In this document: positions 27,169 to 36,394 of the stretch, in pieces
Numbering within the stretch: the stretch's first letter is position 1
Layout of the letters: each line of letters begins with the position of its first letter
Assembly (NCBI GenBank): GCA_040005255.1
Contig: JBDTZJ010000001.1
Span: forward strand, 1-36,928
DNA: 36,928 nt
DNA from: Sphingomicrobium sp.
GTDB lineage: Bacteria > Pseudomonadota > Alphaproteobacteria > Sphingomonadales > Sphingomonadaceae
Direction of reading: 5' to 3'
Program-made: the position numbers and the translations under genes
Notes under the pieces: generated by a model
Told to the model about the DNA's origin: nothing
Database searches by the model: none
The model's input: only the letters and a program-made list of their open reading frames with translations

Positions 27169-27399
27169 AGGATAGCTCCTCACAGCCGCGTCTTCTCAAG
27201 CATCCACCATGAAGCGGTCACAGGGTGAAACTCTACCCAAAGTGAGGTCGGAACGGTAGCGGGTCCGCGCTCGAATGCACTTGGCGACTCGAGTATTTCT
27301 CAAAGATAGAAAGATGACTGCAGAACACATTCGGCCCGTTGAAGTTGCACACTGGGCGGTGAATACGGGCTCGGGTAGGCGTTGCTCACCTACTTAGTA

Positions 27400-27427
27400 A
27401 TGTCCGCTTTCCACCCAAAGTAGACGT
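27400..27427 (+). repeat. 28-bp 11-6-11 site
   Basis: ATGTCCGCTTT-CCACCC-AAAGTAGACGT. Confidence 0.85.
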
Positions 27428-27505
27428 TAGGCGGGCGCCCGCATTCTCGCGAAAGAAGAACGGGGGTCGGTTGTCCCTTTGCGCCGACTTTCCTATCTTC
27501 GCCCC

Positions 27506-28417
27506 ATGCCGACAGTAGAGCTCAACACGGACGCCGCGCTCGGCGTCGCGATCCCGTCGCGCGATGCGCGCGGCCGGGTCGCGCGCCTGGGGCCGGTGAT
27601 CGATGCCATCCTCGCCAGTCACAATTATCCGCCGGTCATCGAGAAGCTGCTGGCGGAAGCGCTGACCCTGACCGCGCTCCTGGGCTCGTTGCTCAAGGAG
27701 GCGGAGGGACAGCTGACGCTGCAGGCGCAGACCGAGGGCGGCGCGATCGACCTGATGGTGTGCGATTATCTTGGCGGCGAGCTGCGCGGCTATGTCCGTC
27801 ACGACGCCGAGCGGCTCGCCGAGTTGCCGGCAGAGCCGACGCTTAAGGAGCTGTTCGGCGACGGCTATCTCGCCATCACCTTCGACCAGCCGGTGGCCAA
27901 GGAACGCTACCAGGGCATCGTTCCGCTCGAAGGCAAGAACCTCGGCGAAGCGGCGCAAAGCTATTTCGGCCAGTCCGAGCAGATCCCGAGCCTGGTTCGC
28001 CTCGCTGCCGAGAAGCGCGGCGAACACTGGTTCGCCGGCGGGCTGCTGCTTCAGCATCTGCCCGAGGGCGAGGAAGGACGCGATCGGCTGCACACGCGGC
28101 TCGACCACCCCGACTGGCCGCATATCGCGATCCTCGGCGGCTCGGTGAAGCCGGATGAGCTGACCGACCCCGAGCTGCCGCTCGATGACCTCATCTGGCG
28201 CCTGTTCCACGACGAAGAGGAGGTCAGGACCCTGGCTGCGACCACGCTCACGCGGGGCTGCCGTTGTGACCCGGACTATGTCCGCTCGGTGATCGCGCGA
28301 TTCCCGGAGGACGAGCGAGCGGAGATGGTCGGCGACGATGGCATGATCCGGGTCGACTGCGCCTTCTGCTCGTCGAGCTTCGCGATCGAGCCTCAAGCCC
28401 TGAGTCGAGGGCGCTGA
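27506..28417 (+). CDS. hslO: Hsp33 redox chaperone
   Basis: RYQGIVPL, YF.QSEQIP, CRC...CAFC zinc motif. Confidence 0.93.
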   Translation: MPTVELNTDAALGVAIPSRDARGRVARLGPVIDAILASHNYPPVIEKLLAEALTLTALLGSLLKEAEGQLTLQAQTEGGAIDLMVCDYLGGELRGYVRHDAERLAELPAEPTLKELFGDGYLAITFDQPVAKERYQGIVPLEGKNLGEAAQSYFGQSEQIPSLVRLAAEKRGEHWFAGGLLLQHLPEGEEGRDRLHTRLDHPDWPHIAILGGSVKPDELTDPELPLDDLIWRLFHDEEEVRTLAATTLTRGCRCDPDYVRSVIARFPEDERAEMVGDDGMIRVDCAFCSSSFAIEPQALSRGR

Positions 28418-28479
28418 GCTGAGCCGCGCTGCGATTTTGCCTCTACGGCTGTTAACCGCGGCGTGATATTGGCGCCGGG

Positions 28480-28884
28480 ATGACTCGGAGACTCACCCTT
28501 GTCCTCGTCGGCGGCGCGGCAGCGCTCGCGCTGTCAGCCGCGGTACAGCCTTCGGCGCTCGGCCAGGCCCAGCCCGGCCTGTGGGAGGTCAGCGGGGTTC
28601 CCGGGGCGGGGGCGCCCGTTCGGCAGTGCGTGGCGGACGTCGGCGTGCTGGCGCGGTTCGAGCATCGGATGAAAAATTGCAGCGCGAAGACGTTGAGGGA
28701 CGCCGGCAGTTCGGTCGCGATCGAATATAGCTGCGGCGCGGCCGGCTTCGGCCACAGCGAAGTGACCCTGCTGACGCCGCGGTCGCTAAGGATCGGAACG
28801 CAGGGGATCTCCGACGGTCTGCCGTTCAATTATGTGCTGCAAGCGCACCGAATCGCGGATTGTCCGGTAGCCGCGCGCCATTAA
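28480..28884 (+). CDS. Secreted DUF3617-like protein
   Basis: Signal peptide, QPGLWEV, four Cys, C-terminal RIADC. Confidence 0.7.
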   Translation: MTRRLTLVLVGGAAALALSAAVQPSALGQAQPGLWEVSGVPGAGAPVRQCVADVGVLARFEHRMKNCSAKTLRDAGSSVAIEYSCGAAGFGHSEVTLLTPRSLRIGTQGISDGLPFNYVLQAHRIADCPVAARH

Positions 28885-28914
28885 GGCGGCGTTTAGCGAA
28901 TGTGAGCTATGGGA

Positions 28915-29010
28915 TGGTTGTGCCGGATTTGGCACGCTTTCCTCCCAATCGGGCAGCGATGCCCGATTAACTGGGCCGCTTGATCCCCCGGGATCGGCGG
29001 CCCTTCTTTT
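28915..29010 (+). ncRNA. Candidate small RNA (suhB/MmgR-like); 5' end approximate
   Basis: Hairpin, TTTCCTCCC, second hairpin, GC-rich terminator with T tail. Confidence 0.5.
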
Positions 29011-29040
29011 GTCGGCGGCGAAGCCTTAAGGGCGCGCGCC

Positions 29041-29391
29041 ATGCTCTACCTCTTCATCAAGGCCGCGCTGTCCGGGGTCATTGTCGCCGCGGTGTCGGAG
29101 ATCGCGCGGCGCTATCCCGGTTGGGGCGGGCTGGTCGCCTCGCTGCCGCTGACGTCGCTGCTGGCGATGATCTGGCTGTTCCGCGACACGCATGACGCCG
29201 GGCGCGTCGCCGAGCTGTCGATGAGCACCTTCTGGTTCTTCCTGCCCTCGGTGCCCATGTTCGTGGCACTGCCGCTGCTGATCCGGTCGGGCGTGCCCTT
29301 CTGGATAAGCATGGTGATCGTCGTAGCCGGAACGCTGGCGCTCTACGCGGGCTGGTTCTGGGCAGCGCCGAGGCTCGGCATCAAGCTGTGA
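29041..29391 (+). CDS. DUF3147-like membrane protein
   Basis: [17 protein letters not shown]. Confidence 0.8.
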   Translation: MLYLFIKAALSGVIVAAVSEIARRYPGWGGLVASLPLTSLLAMIWLFRDTHDAGRVAELSMSTFWFFLPSVPMFVALPLLIRSGVPFWISMVIVVAGTLALYAGWFWAAPRLGIKL

Positions 29392-30053
29392 AGAGCGCGG
29401 TCGTCCTCCTCTCCGGCGGGCTCGATTCGATGGTCTGCGCGGGCATTGCCCGCGAACAGGGCTATTCGGTCATCGCGCTGACGGTCGATTACAACCAGCG
29501 TCACCGGGTCGAGATCGACGCCGCGCGGCAGATCGCGGCCGAGCACGCCGACCGGCACATCGTCCTGCCCCTGGATCTGCGGGCGTTCGGCGGATCGGCG
29601 CTGACCGGCGACATCGCCGTGCCGAAGGGCGGAGTGGGTGAGGGGATTCCGGTCACATATGTCCCGGCCCGCAACACGATCTTCCTCAGCCTCGCGCTCG
29701 GGCTGGCTGAGGCGAGTCACGCGCGCGACATCTTCATCGGCGTCAACGCGCTCGACTATTCCGGCTATCCCGACTGCCGGCCGGAGTTCGTTGCGGAGTT
29801 CGAGAAACTGGCAAATCTGGGAACCAAGGCCGGCGTCGAGGGCGAGACCTTCAAGATCCACGCGCCGCTCCAGCACATGACCAAGGCCGACATCGCGCGC
29901 GAGGCGGCTCGGCTCGGTCTCGACGCCGCGCTCAGCCACAGCTGCTACGATCCGTCGCCGGACGGCGGCGCGTGCGGGCAATGCGACGCATGCCGGCTGC
30001 GCGCCCGGGGCTTTGCCGACGCGGGGATCGCGGACCCGACGGTTTACGCATGA
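29388..30053 (+). CDS. queC: 7-cyano-7-deazaguanine synthase
   Basis: SGGLDS, YVPARN, YPDCR, SCY...CGQCDAC. Confidence 0.96.
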   Translation: MKSAVVLLSGGLDSMVCAGIAREQGYSVIALTVDYNQRHRVEIDAARQIAAEHADRHIVLPLDLRAFGGSALTGDIAVPKGGVGEGIPVTYVPARNTIFLSLALGLAEASHARDIFIGVNALDYSGYPDCRPEFVAEFEKLANLGTKAGVEGETFKIHAPLQHMTKADIAREAARLGLDAALSHSCYDPSPDGGACGQCDACRLRARGFADAGIADPTVYA

Positions 30054-30682
30054 CCTACGCGGTCAAAGAATGCTTCCTGACGCTCCAGGGCGAAGGCGTA
30101 CAGTCGGGCAGTCGGGCGGTGTTCCTGCGCTTCGCCGGCTGCAACCTGTGGTCGGGCCGCGAGCAGGACCGGGCGAGCGCCGAGTGCCGCTTTTGCGATA
30201 CGGACTTCGTCGGCACCGACGGCGAGGGCGGGGGCAAGTTTCGATCGGCCGACGAGCTGGCGGCGCAGGTCGAGGCGCTGTGGGGTGAAGGACGGGACGG
30301 CCGGCTGGCGGTGATCACCGGGGGCGAGCCGATGCTGCAGCTCGACGCGGCGCTGGTCGAGGCACTACACGCGCGCGGCTTTCGGGTCGCGGTCGAGACC
30401 AACGGCACGCTGCCGGCGGTCGCCGGGCTCGACTGGATCTGCGTCAGCCCCAAGGCGGGCACCGACGTCGTCCAGCGCCGCGGCAATGAGCTGAAGCTGG
30501 TCTGGCCGCAGGCGGGGATCGACCCCAGCGACCTCGAAGGCTGGGCGTTCGACCATTTCCTGGTCCAGCCGATGGATTGCGAAAAGCGCGAAGCGGCGCT
30601 CGAAGCGGCGATCAAGCTGGCGATGGAGCGGCCGAAATGGCGCCTGTCGCTCCAGGCGCACAAGGTCGCCGGGCTGCCCTAA
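30050..30682 (+). CDS. queE: 7-carboxy-7-deazaguanine synthase
   Basis: [14 protein letters not shown]-x-CRFCDTDF (Cx14Cx2C), TGGEP, ETNGT. Confidence 0.95.
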   Translation: MTYAVKECFLTLQGEGVQSGSRAVFLRFAGCNLWSGREQDRASAECRFCDTDFVGTDGEGGGKFRSADELAAQVEALWGEGRDGRLAVITGGEPMLQLDAALVEALHARGFRVAVETNGTLPAVAGLDWICVSPKAGTDVVQRRGNELKLVWPQAGIDPSDLEGWAFDHFLVQPMDCEKREAALEAAIKLAMERPKWRLSLQAHKVAGLP

Positions 30683-30683
30683 G

Positions 30684-30708
30684 CCCTTCGACTTCGCTCA
30701 GGACAGGC
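30684..30708. repeat. Fragment of an intergenic repeat family
   Basis: CCTTCGAC-ttc-GCTCAGGA is shared with 35419-35443. Confidence 0.6.
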
Positions 30709-31044
30709 TTACTCGGAGTTTGCCGCGGCGTTCGCGGTGCTGCTCGCTGGCGGAGCGGTTGACGGCTTCGCCGCTGCCCGTCGTGACGGCTTGGGCGCGG
30801 CCTGGTTTAAGCTTGGCGCCGCGCCGTTTTGATCGAGGCCGCCGAAATTCATGTCGACGTCGGCCGCCATGTTGGCCGCGTCGCCGGTGACGGCGTCGAT
30901 CGCGGTCACGTCGTTCGACACGATGTCCGCGGCGGTCAGAGTGTCGTCGGCGTTCTGGGTCTTGTCGGACTGGTCGTTCTTGCCGCAGCCGCCGAGCGCG
31001 AGCGCGGCTCCGGCAATGAGGAGAAGGGCACGCATCCAGTTCAC
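30709..31044 (-). CDS. Putative lipoprotein
   Basis: Lipobox LGGC; low-complexity tail. Confidence 0.75.
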   Translation of the reverse strand: MNWMRALLLIAGAALALGGCGKNDQSDKTQNADDTLTAADIVSNDVTAIDAVTGDAANMAADVDMNFGGLDQNGAAPSLNQAAPKPSRRAAAKPSTAPPASSTANAAANSE

Positions 31045-31056
31045 TCCCGGTCAGGC

Positions 31057-31093
31057 AAAAAAAGAGGCTGCCGGCAAGTACCGGCAGCCTCTT
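31057..31093 (-). terminator. Intrinsic terminator
   Basis: AAGAGGCTGCCGG/CCGGCAGCCTCTT stem with A7 run on the plus strand. Confidence 0.85.
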
Positions 31094-31132
31094 CAAAAGC
31101 CAACGCCCCCGCGAACGGAAGCGTCAAGACGA

Positions 31133-31369
31133 TTACATTGCGTTGTTGGTTGTCGTGGTCGACGTCGTGTTGGTCGTCGTCGTCGCGTTCATGTCCGTGC
31201 CGTTCATGGCGTTCATGTCCGTCGCGTTCATGTCCGTCGTCGTCGTCGTCGTGTTCATGTCCGTCGTCGTGAGATTCTCGTCGACGTTCATGGTGTTATT
31301 GGCGTTGTCGTTGCTGCTGCACGCGGCAACCGCCAGGGCCGCACCAGCGACCAGGATAAGAGCACGCAT
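31133..31369 (-). CDS. Thr/Asn/Met-rich lipoprotein with TDMN repeats
   Basis: GGGAG RBS, lipobox VAAC, four TDMN units. Confidence 0.85.
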   Translation of the reverse strand: MRALILVAGAALAVAACSSNDNANNTMNVDENLTTTDMNTTTTTTDMNATDMNAMNGTDMNATTTTNTTSTTTTNNAM

Positions 31370-31452
31370 TCAAGACTCCCTATTTATTGCGATCTGCAAC
31401 GGTTTCCCGTCCCGCAAATCGGGCGGACAATAGTCTGAAGCGCAAGCATCCA

Positions 31453-32118
31453 TCAAGACTCTTTGCACTGTCGTTCCAAACTACTGAGAAACGGCCAGAA
31501 ACCGCGCTTCAAGCACGTATCAACCCCTGTCATGGCGATTTGTTTCCCAAGCTCGGCCAGGCTGGTGACGCCATATTCGGCGATGCCGCACGGCACGATC
31601 CCGCTGAAATGCGCGAGGTCGGGCGCGACGTTGAGAGCAAAGCCGTGGAGCGTCACCCAGCGCTTCACGCGCACCCCGAGCGCCCCGATCTTCTTTTCGT
31701 CGGCGCCGTCGCCGACCCAGATGCCGATGCGGCCCTCGGCCCGGTGGGCGGAGACGCCGACCTCGGCCAGCGCGCCGATCATCCAGCCTTCGAGTCCATG
31801 GACGAAGCAGCGGATGTCCTTCCCGCGCTTTTCGAGGTCGAGCATCACGTAGACGATGCGCTGGCCTGGCCCGTGATAGGTGTAACGGCCGCCGCGGCCG
31901 GCTTCGAAGACCGGGAAGTCCATGGGATTGGTGAGCTCGGCGGGGTCGGCGCTGGTGCCGGCAGTGAACAAAGGCGGGTGCTCCAGCAGCCAGACGCACT
32001 CGTGCGCGCTGCCGGCGCGGATCGCCGCCGCGCGTTCCTCCATGAAGCGCAGCGCCTTGTCATAAGCGACCGGCGCAACGCTTACTCGCCATTCGATGTC
32101 GGCCGGAATGTCGTCCAC
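31453..32118 (-). CDS. lipB: Lipoyl(octanoyl) transferase
   Basis: LLEHPP, RGG..TYHGPGQ, KIGALG, HGFALN, IVPCG. Confidence 0.95.
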   Translation of the reverse strand: MDDIPADIEWRVSVAPVAYDKALRFMEERAAAIRAGSAHECVWLLEHPPLFTAGTSADPAELTNPMDFPVFEAGRGGRYTYHGPGQRIVYVMLDLEKRGKDIRCFVHGLEGWMIGALAEVGVSAHRAEGRIGIWVGDGADEKKIGALGVRVKRWVTLHGFALNVAPDLAHFSGIVPCGIAEYGVTSLAELGKQIAMTGVDTCLKRGFWPFLSSLERQCKES

Positions 32119-32212
32119 GCCCGCGGAAATGGCGACCGCTGCTCCACAGAGCAAGCGTTGCGCGATCGGCGGCGGCTCCGCATAAGCGCGGCAGCAGTGG
32201 GAGGATTCGAAG

Positions 32213-33022
32213 ATGAGCAGCCTGTCGATCTCTGAGGCCTGGGAAGAAACCCGGTCGATCCTCGGTCGCGACGGCCAGTTGTTTGCGTCGGTGGCGTTGG
32301 CTCTGATCGTCCTCCCCGAGGTGGTTTTCGCGGTCGTCGGCGCGCCGGTCGGGCCGCAAGCGACGTTGCTGGCGGGGTTGACCTACGCCGTGGTGGTGCT
32401 GCTGGGCTTCGTCGCTCAAATTGCGCTGAACCGCCTCGCAATCGGGCCTTCGGTCACGGTTGGAGGCGCGATCGCAAGGGGATTCGCAAGGCTGCCCGCG
32501 GTCTTGGGGGTGTTGGCTCTGCTGTTGGCCGCGCTCATGATTGTTGCGGTCGTGCTGCTGATGATCCTGAGTGCCGCGCGGCTGATCGTGCTTCCAACTC
32601 CGGGCCAGCCGCCACCACTTTCCCTCATCGCCCTGCTGATCCTGCTGGCCGCGCTAACATTCGCGATTGTTCAGCTGATCTTCCCGGTCGCTGCGGCGGA
32701 GACGGGAAATCCGCTCCGGCTCATCTCCAGAAGCTGGCGCCTGGCGAAAGGACATTATCCGCGGCTGCTGGCCTTCATCATCATCATTTTCTTCTGCTTC
32801 GGCGTGGTGGTGATCGCGAGCCAATTGGGCGTGGGCAGCGCGGTCGCCCTCCTCCTCGGGCAGCCCAGGCCGGGAAGCCTCTCCGCATTGGTGTTGGGAC
32901 TGGCTGTCGGCCTAATCCAGGCGCCCTTCACGGTGATTGCGGCGACAATGCTTGCCCGCATCTATGTCCAGCTCGCCGGGCGCGGCGAGGCTCAGGTGTC
33001 GGTGCCGAGCAGCGGGACCTGA
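32213..33022 (+). CDS. Integral membrane protein
   Basis: GGAGG RBS; about 6 TM segments. Confidence 0.8.
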   Translation: MSSLSISEAWEETRSILGRDGQLFASVALALIVLPEVVFAVVGAPVGPQATLLAGLTYAVVVLLGFVAQIALNRLAIGPSVTVGGAIARGFARLPAVLGVLALLLAALMIVAVVLLMILSAARLIVLPTPGQPPPLSLIALLILLAALTFAIVQLIFPVAAAETGNPLRLISRSWRLAKGHYPRLLAFIIIIFFCFGVVVIASQLGVGSAVALLLGQPRPGSLSALVLGLAVGLIQAPFTVIAATMLARIYVQLAGRGEAQVSVPSSGT

Positions 33023-33582
33023 GGAGCGCAGTCCTTCGGCAGGACGCCGAGCAGGCGCGGATCGGGGAAGCGCTCGATCGCCCGCTTGAAGGGCGTGAAG
33101 CCCGCGCGACGGTAGGCGGCGAGCGCGGCAGGATGGTCGAGCGAGCAGGTGTGGACGTGGACCCGGCTCACCCCTTCGCGCCAGGCGCGGCGGACGGCCT
33201 CGGCGAGGAGCCAGCGGCCGAGGCCTTTGCCTGAGAGCTCGGGCACGAGCCCAATGAACGCCAGTTCGCATTCGCGGGGCTCGCGGAAATCGAGCTCGAG
33301 CATGCCGACATCACGGCCACCTTCGTCCGCGACAGCGTAAAGCTCGACCCCCGGGTGCTGGATGATCGCGGCGAGCTTGGCGTCGTCCATGAGCAGCCGG
33401 GAGAACCACAGCCACGGCGCGCCAATCAGCAGGAACAGTTCGCGGTAGGCTTCGGGTTGCGGCACATCCACGCGCCTTAAGAACAGCGGGGAGGGCGGTA
33501 CCCGCTGGTCCGGGGGAGCCCGCATTTCGAGGTAAGTGACGATGGTCGCCAGCTGGCCGTCGGCGACGGGTTCGTAACTCAT
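32992..33582 (-). CDS. GNAT acetyltransferase
   Basis: GLVPELSGKGLG, VHTCSLDHPAAL..Y...GF. Confidence 0.88.
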   Translation of the reverse strand: MSYEPVADGQLATIVTYLEMRAPPDQRVPPSPLFLRRVDVPQPEAYRELFLLIGAPWLWFSRLLMDDAKLAAIIQHPGVELYAVADEGGRDVGMLELDFREPRECELAFIGLVPELSGKGLGRWLLAEAVRRAWREGVSRVHVHTCSLDHPAALAAYRRAGFTPFKRAIERFPDPRLLGVLPKDCAPQVPLLGTDT

Positions 33583-33712
33583 ACATCCTCCCCGGCATTT
33601 GCTGGGGAGGGGGACCATGCGCAGCATGGTGGAGGGGCCCTCTCGCGGCCGAGCAGAACCCCTCCACCGCCTTCGGCGGTCCCCCTCCCCACGAAATCGT
33701 GGGGAGGATGTA
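33582..33712. mobile_element. MITE-like palindromic intergenic repeat, about 130 bp
   Basis: Ends TACATCCTCCCC and GGGGAGGATGTA; two inverted halves, each with two hairpins. Confidence 0.8.
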
Positions 33713-33721
33713 GCAAAGCGC

Positions 33722-34582
33722 TCATTTCCACTTCGCCGCGGGCGGCAGACTCATCAGGATCGCGTCGATATTGCCGCCGGTCATGAGGCCGAACAGGGTC
33801 CCGCGATCGTAGAGCAGGTTGAACTCGACGTAGCGGCCGCGGAAAGTGAGCAGGCGATCCATGTCCGCGTCATCGAACGGCGTGTCCATCCGCTCGCGGA
33901 CGATCTGCGGGAAGATCTCCAGGAAGGCGTCGCCGACGTCCTTCGCGAAGGCGAAATGGGCATCGAAATGGCCTTCGAGATGGTCGTAGAAAATGCCGCC
34001 GACGCCGCGCGGTACGCCGCGGTGGGGCAGCCAGAAATATTCGTCGGCCCATTTGGAAAAGCGCGGATAGAAGGTCGGGTCGTGGGCCGCGCAGGCGGCG
34101 CGCAGCCGCGCGTGGAACGAGTCGGTGTCCTCCGCGTAGGGGATTGCGGGGTTAAGGTCGGCGCCGCCGCCGAACCAGCGCTTGGTCGTCGTCAGGAAGC
34201 GCGTGTTCATATGCACTGCCGGCACGTGCGGGTTGGCCATGTGGGCGACGAGGCTGATGCCGGTCGCGAAGAAGCTCGGGTCCTGCTCGGCGCCGGGGAT
34301 CGACTTGGCGAACTCGGGGCTGAACTGGCCGCCCACGGTCGAGACGTTGACCCCGACCTTTTCGAACACCTTGCCGGTCATCTGGCCGCGAACGCCCCCT
34401 CCACCACTCTTGGCGTCTCCGGGCTCGCCGCTGGCGTCGGTCCGGTCCCACGGCGTGTAGACGAACGCGGAATCGGAGCCGGCGTCGCGCTCAATCTGCG
34501 CGAAGGCAGCACAAATCCGGTCGCGCAGGCTCTCAAACCAGTCGCGGGCGGCCTGCTGTTGGTCGTCGAGCTCAATCATCAC
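33722..34582 (-). CDS. hemF: Oxygen-dependent coproporphyrinogen III oxidase
   Basis: FEKVGVN, HMNTR, WFGGGADL, RGVGGIFYD, RGRYVEFNLLYDRGT. Confidence 0.96.
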   Translation of the reverse strand: MMIELDDQQQAARDWFESLRDRICAAFAQIERDAGSDSAFVYTPWDRTDASGEPGDAKSGGGGVRGQMTGKVFEKVGVNVSTVGGQFSPEFAKSIPGAEQDPSFFATGISLVAHMANPHVPAVHMNTRFLTTTKRWFGGGADLNPAIPYAEDTDSFHARLRAACAAHDPTFYPRFSKWADEYFWLPHRGVPRGVGGIFYDHLEGHFDAHFAFAKDVGDAFLEIFPQIVRERMDTPFDDADMDRLLTFRGRYVEFNLLYDRGTLFGLMTGGNIDAILMSLPPAAKWK

Positions 34583-34719
34583 CCCGCCTCTTTGCGGTCA
34601 CGGGCGATGGACGCAAGGCCAGGAATGACAGCATTGTAATGTGGGCATAAATCCGCGGTTCACGCCGCGACAGGCAGTCGCTTGCGCCGACAGGGGCAGA
34701 TCAAAGGAATCTCAGCGGC

Positions 34720-35172
34720 ATAAAGAAGTTGCTTGTCACGCTCGCGTTCGGCGCGGCCTTCATTTCAACGCCGGTGCTGGCGCAGGCGCCTGGCGGCGGT
34801 GGCTGGACGCAGCGGGACCAGACCCGCGCCGAAGCGCAGCAGCGCGCCGACACGATGTTCCAGATGCTCGACGCCAACAAGGACGGCACGGTCACCCGTG
34901 CCGAGGCCGAGCAGGCGGTCGCAAAGTTCCAGGCGGCGCGCGGCGGCGACGACCAGGGCGGCCGCGGCGGCGGGCGGATGCAGCGGATGATCGGCGAGGC
35001 GTTCGGCACCGCCGATTCGCTTAGCCTGCAGCAGTTCGAGGCCCTGGCGCTGGCGCGATTCGACGCGTCCGACCTCAACCATGACGGCACTTTCACTGCG
35101 ACGGAACGGGAGCAACTGCGCGCGCAGCGGCAGGGTCAGGTCGTTCCGAACAGCCAGCCGAAGGCTCAGTAG
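34720..35172 (+). CDS. Secreted EF-hand protein; in-frame ATA at 34720 or TTG at 34729 as start
   Basis: DANKDGTVTRAE and DLNHDGTFTATE loops; signal peptide. Confidence 0.8.
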   Translation: MKKLLVTLAFGAAFISTPVLAQAPGGGGWTQRDQTRAEAQQRADTMFQMLDANKDGTVTRAEAEQAVAKFQAARGGDDQGGRGGGRMQRMIGEAFGTADSLSLQQFEALALARFDASDLNHDGTFTATEREQLRAQRQGQVVPNSQPKAQ

Positions 35173-35396
35173 GCGCGCCGCTGCGCGTTCACTAACATCC
35201 GGAGCAGCATGGCGACGGGGCGAGGCACGCCGACCTTGCCCTCGAGCCACAGGCTGACCGCCGAGCGCGAGACGCCGATCGCCTGGGCGAGGTCGTTCTG
35301 GGTGCGGTAGCCGAGCGTGCGCATCGCCGAGCGCAGCTCGTCGGGCGACAGCGAGGCCAGCATTTCGCGAGACTGTGTCCCCTGGTCGCCCATCAA
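35166..35396 (-). CDS. XRE/Cro-type HTH protein
   Basis: TQNDLAQAIGVSRSAVSLWLEG. Confidence 0.8.
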   Translation of the reverse strand: MMGDQGTQSREMLASLSPDELRSAMRTLGYRTQNDLAQAIGVSRSAVSLWLEGKVGVPRPVAMLLRMLVNAQRRAY

Positions 35397-35418
35397 ATCG
35401 CGTCGGCTCCCCGATCGT

Positions 35419-35443
35419 CCTTCGACAGGCTCAGGATGAGCGG
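35419..35443. repeat. Fragment of an intergenic repeat family
   Basis: CCTTCGACAGGCTCAGGATGAGCGG, related to 30684-30708. Confidence 0.6.
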
Positions 35444-35450
35444 ATGGGGA

Positions 35451-35795
<345 letters not shown>

Positions 35796-35875
35796 TCACC
35801 TCGACAGATTCGAGGATTCCCATAGCTTCGGCTTGGCCGGTCCACCATCCCGCATCGGGGCGGTGAGGGGCGGCG

Positions 35876-36265
35876 TCAGGCGCTGGGCGGAAGGAAGCGG
35901 CCGACGACGTCGCGGGCGAGGCGCGCCGGGCGCTTGGTCACAGCATCGAGGCAGCACCAGCTGCTCTTGATCTCGCTTAGCACCTCTTCCCCGCGGCGAA
36001 CGACGGTGGTGAACATGGCGCGGGCGCCCTCGACCTTTTCGGCGATGACCTCGGCCACCACGACGTCCTGGAGAAAGGTCGGCCTGAGGAAGGTGATCTC
36101 ATGCTTGAGGGCGACCCACAGGTGTTGAGCCACGGCCTCCGGCGGGGCGACACTGCTCCAGTAATCGACCACCGCCTCCTGCACCCATTTGAGGTAGACG
36201 GCATTGTTGACATGACCCATTTGGTCGATGTCCGCGGGGTCGATCGCGATCGGGTGACGGAACAT
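35876..36265 (-). CDS. Acyl-CoA thioesterase (4HBT/YbgC hotdog fold)
   Basis: DIDQMGHVNNAVY. Confidence 0.88.
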   Translation of the reverse strand: MFRHPIAIDPADIDQMGHVNNAVYLKWVQEAVVDYWSSVAPPEAVAQHLWVALKHEITFLRPTFLQDVVVAEVIAEKVEGARAMFTTVVRRGEEVLSEIKSSWCCLDAVTKRPARLARDVVGRFLPPSA

Positions 36266-36394
36266 CGCTGAAGTGTCTCGATTCAGTTGCGCGGAAGCAC
36301 TAACTGACAAACATGTCAATAACTAAAGCCGGCTGTCACCCGCCACCCAGCTGGACGGGTTTAGAGCCCCCGTGTACATCGTGCGATCAAGCAC

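Noticed and set aside
968-27427. 28-bp sites as intrinsic terminators
   Set aside because: Weak stems, no U tracts, conserved loop sequence, and orientation independent of the neighbouring gene's direction
28915-29040. preQ1 riboswitch upstream of queC/queE
   Set aside because: No recognisable preQ1 aptamer with its A-rich 3' tail; fits an sRNA or terminator better
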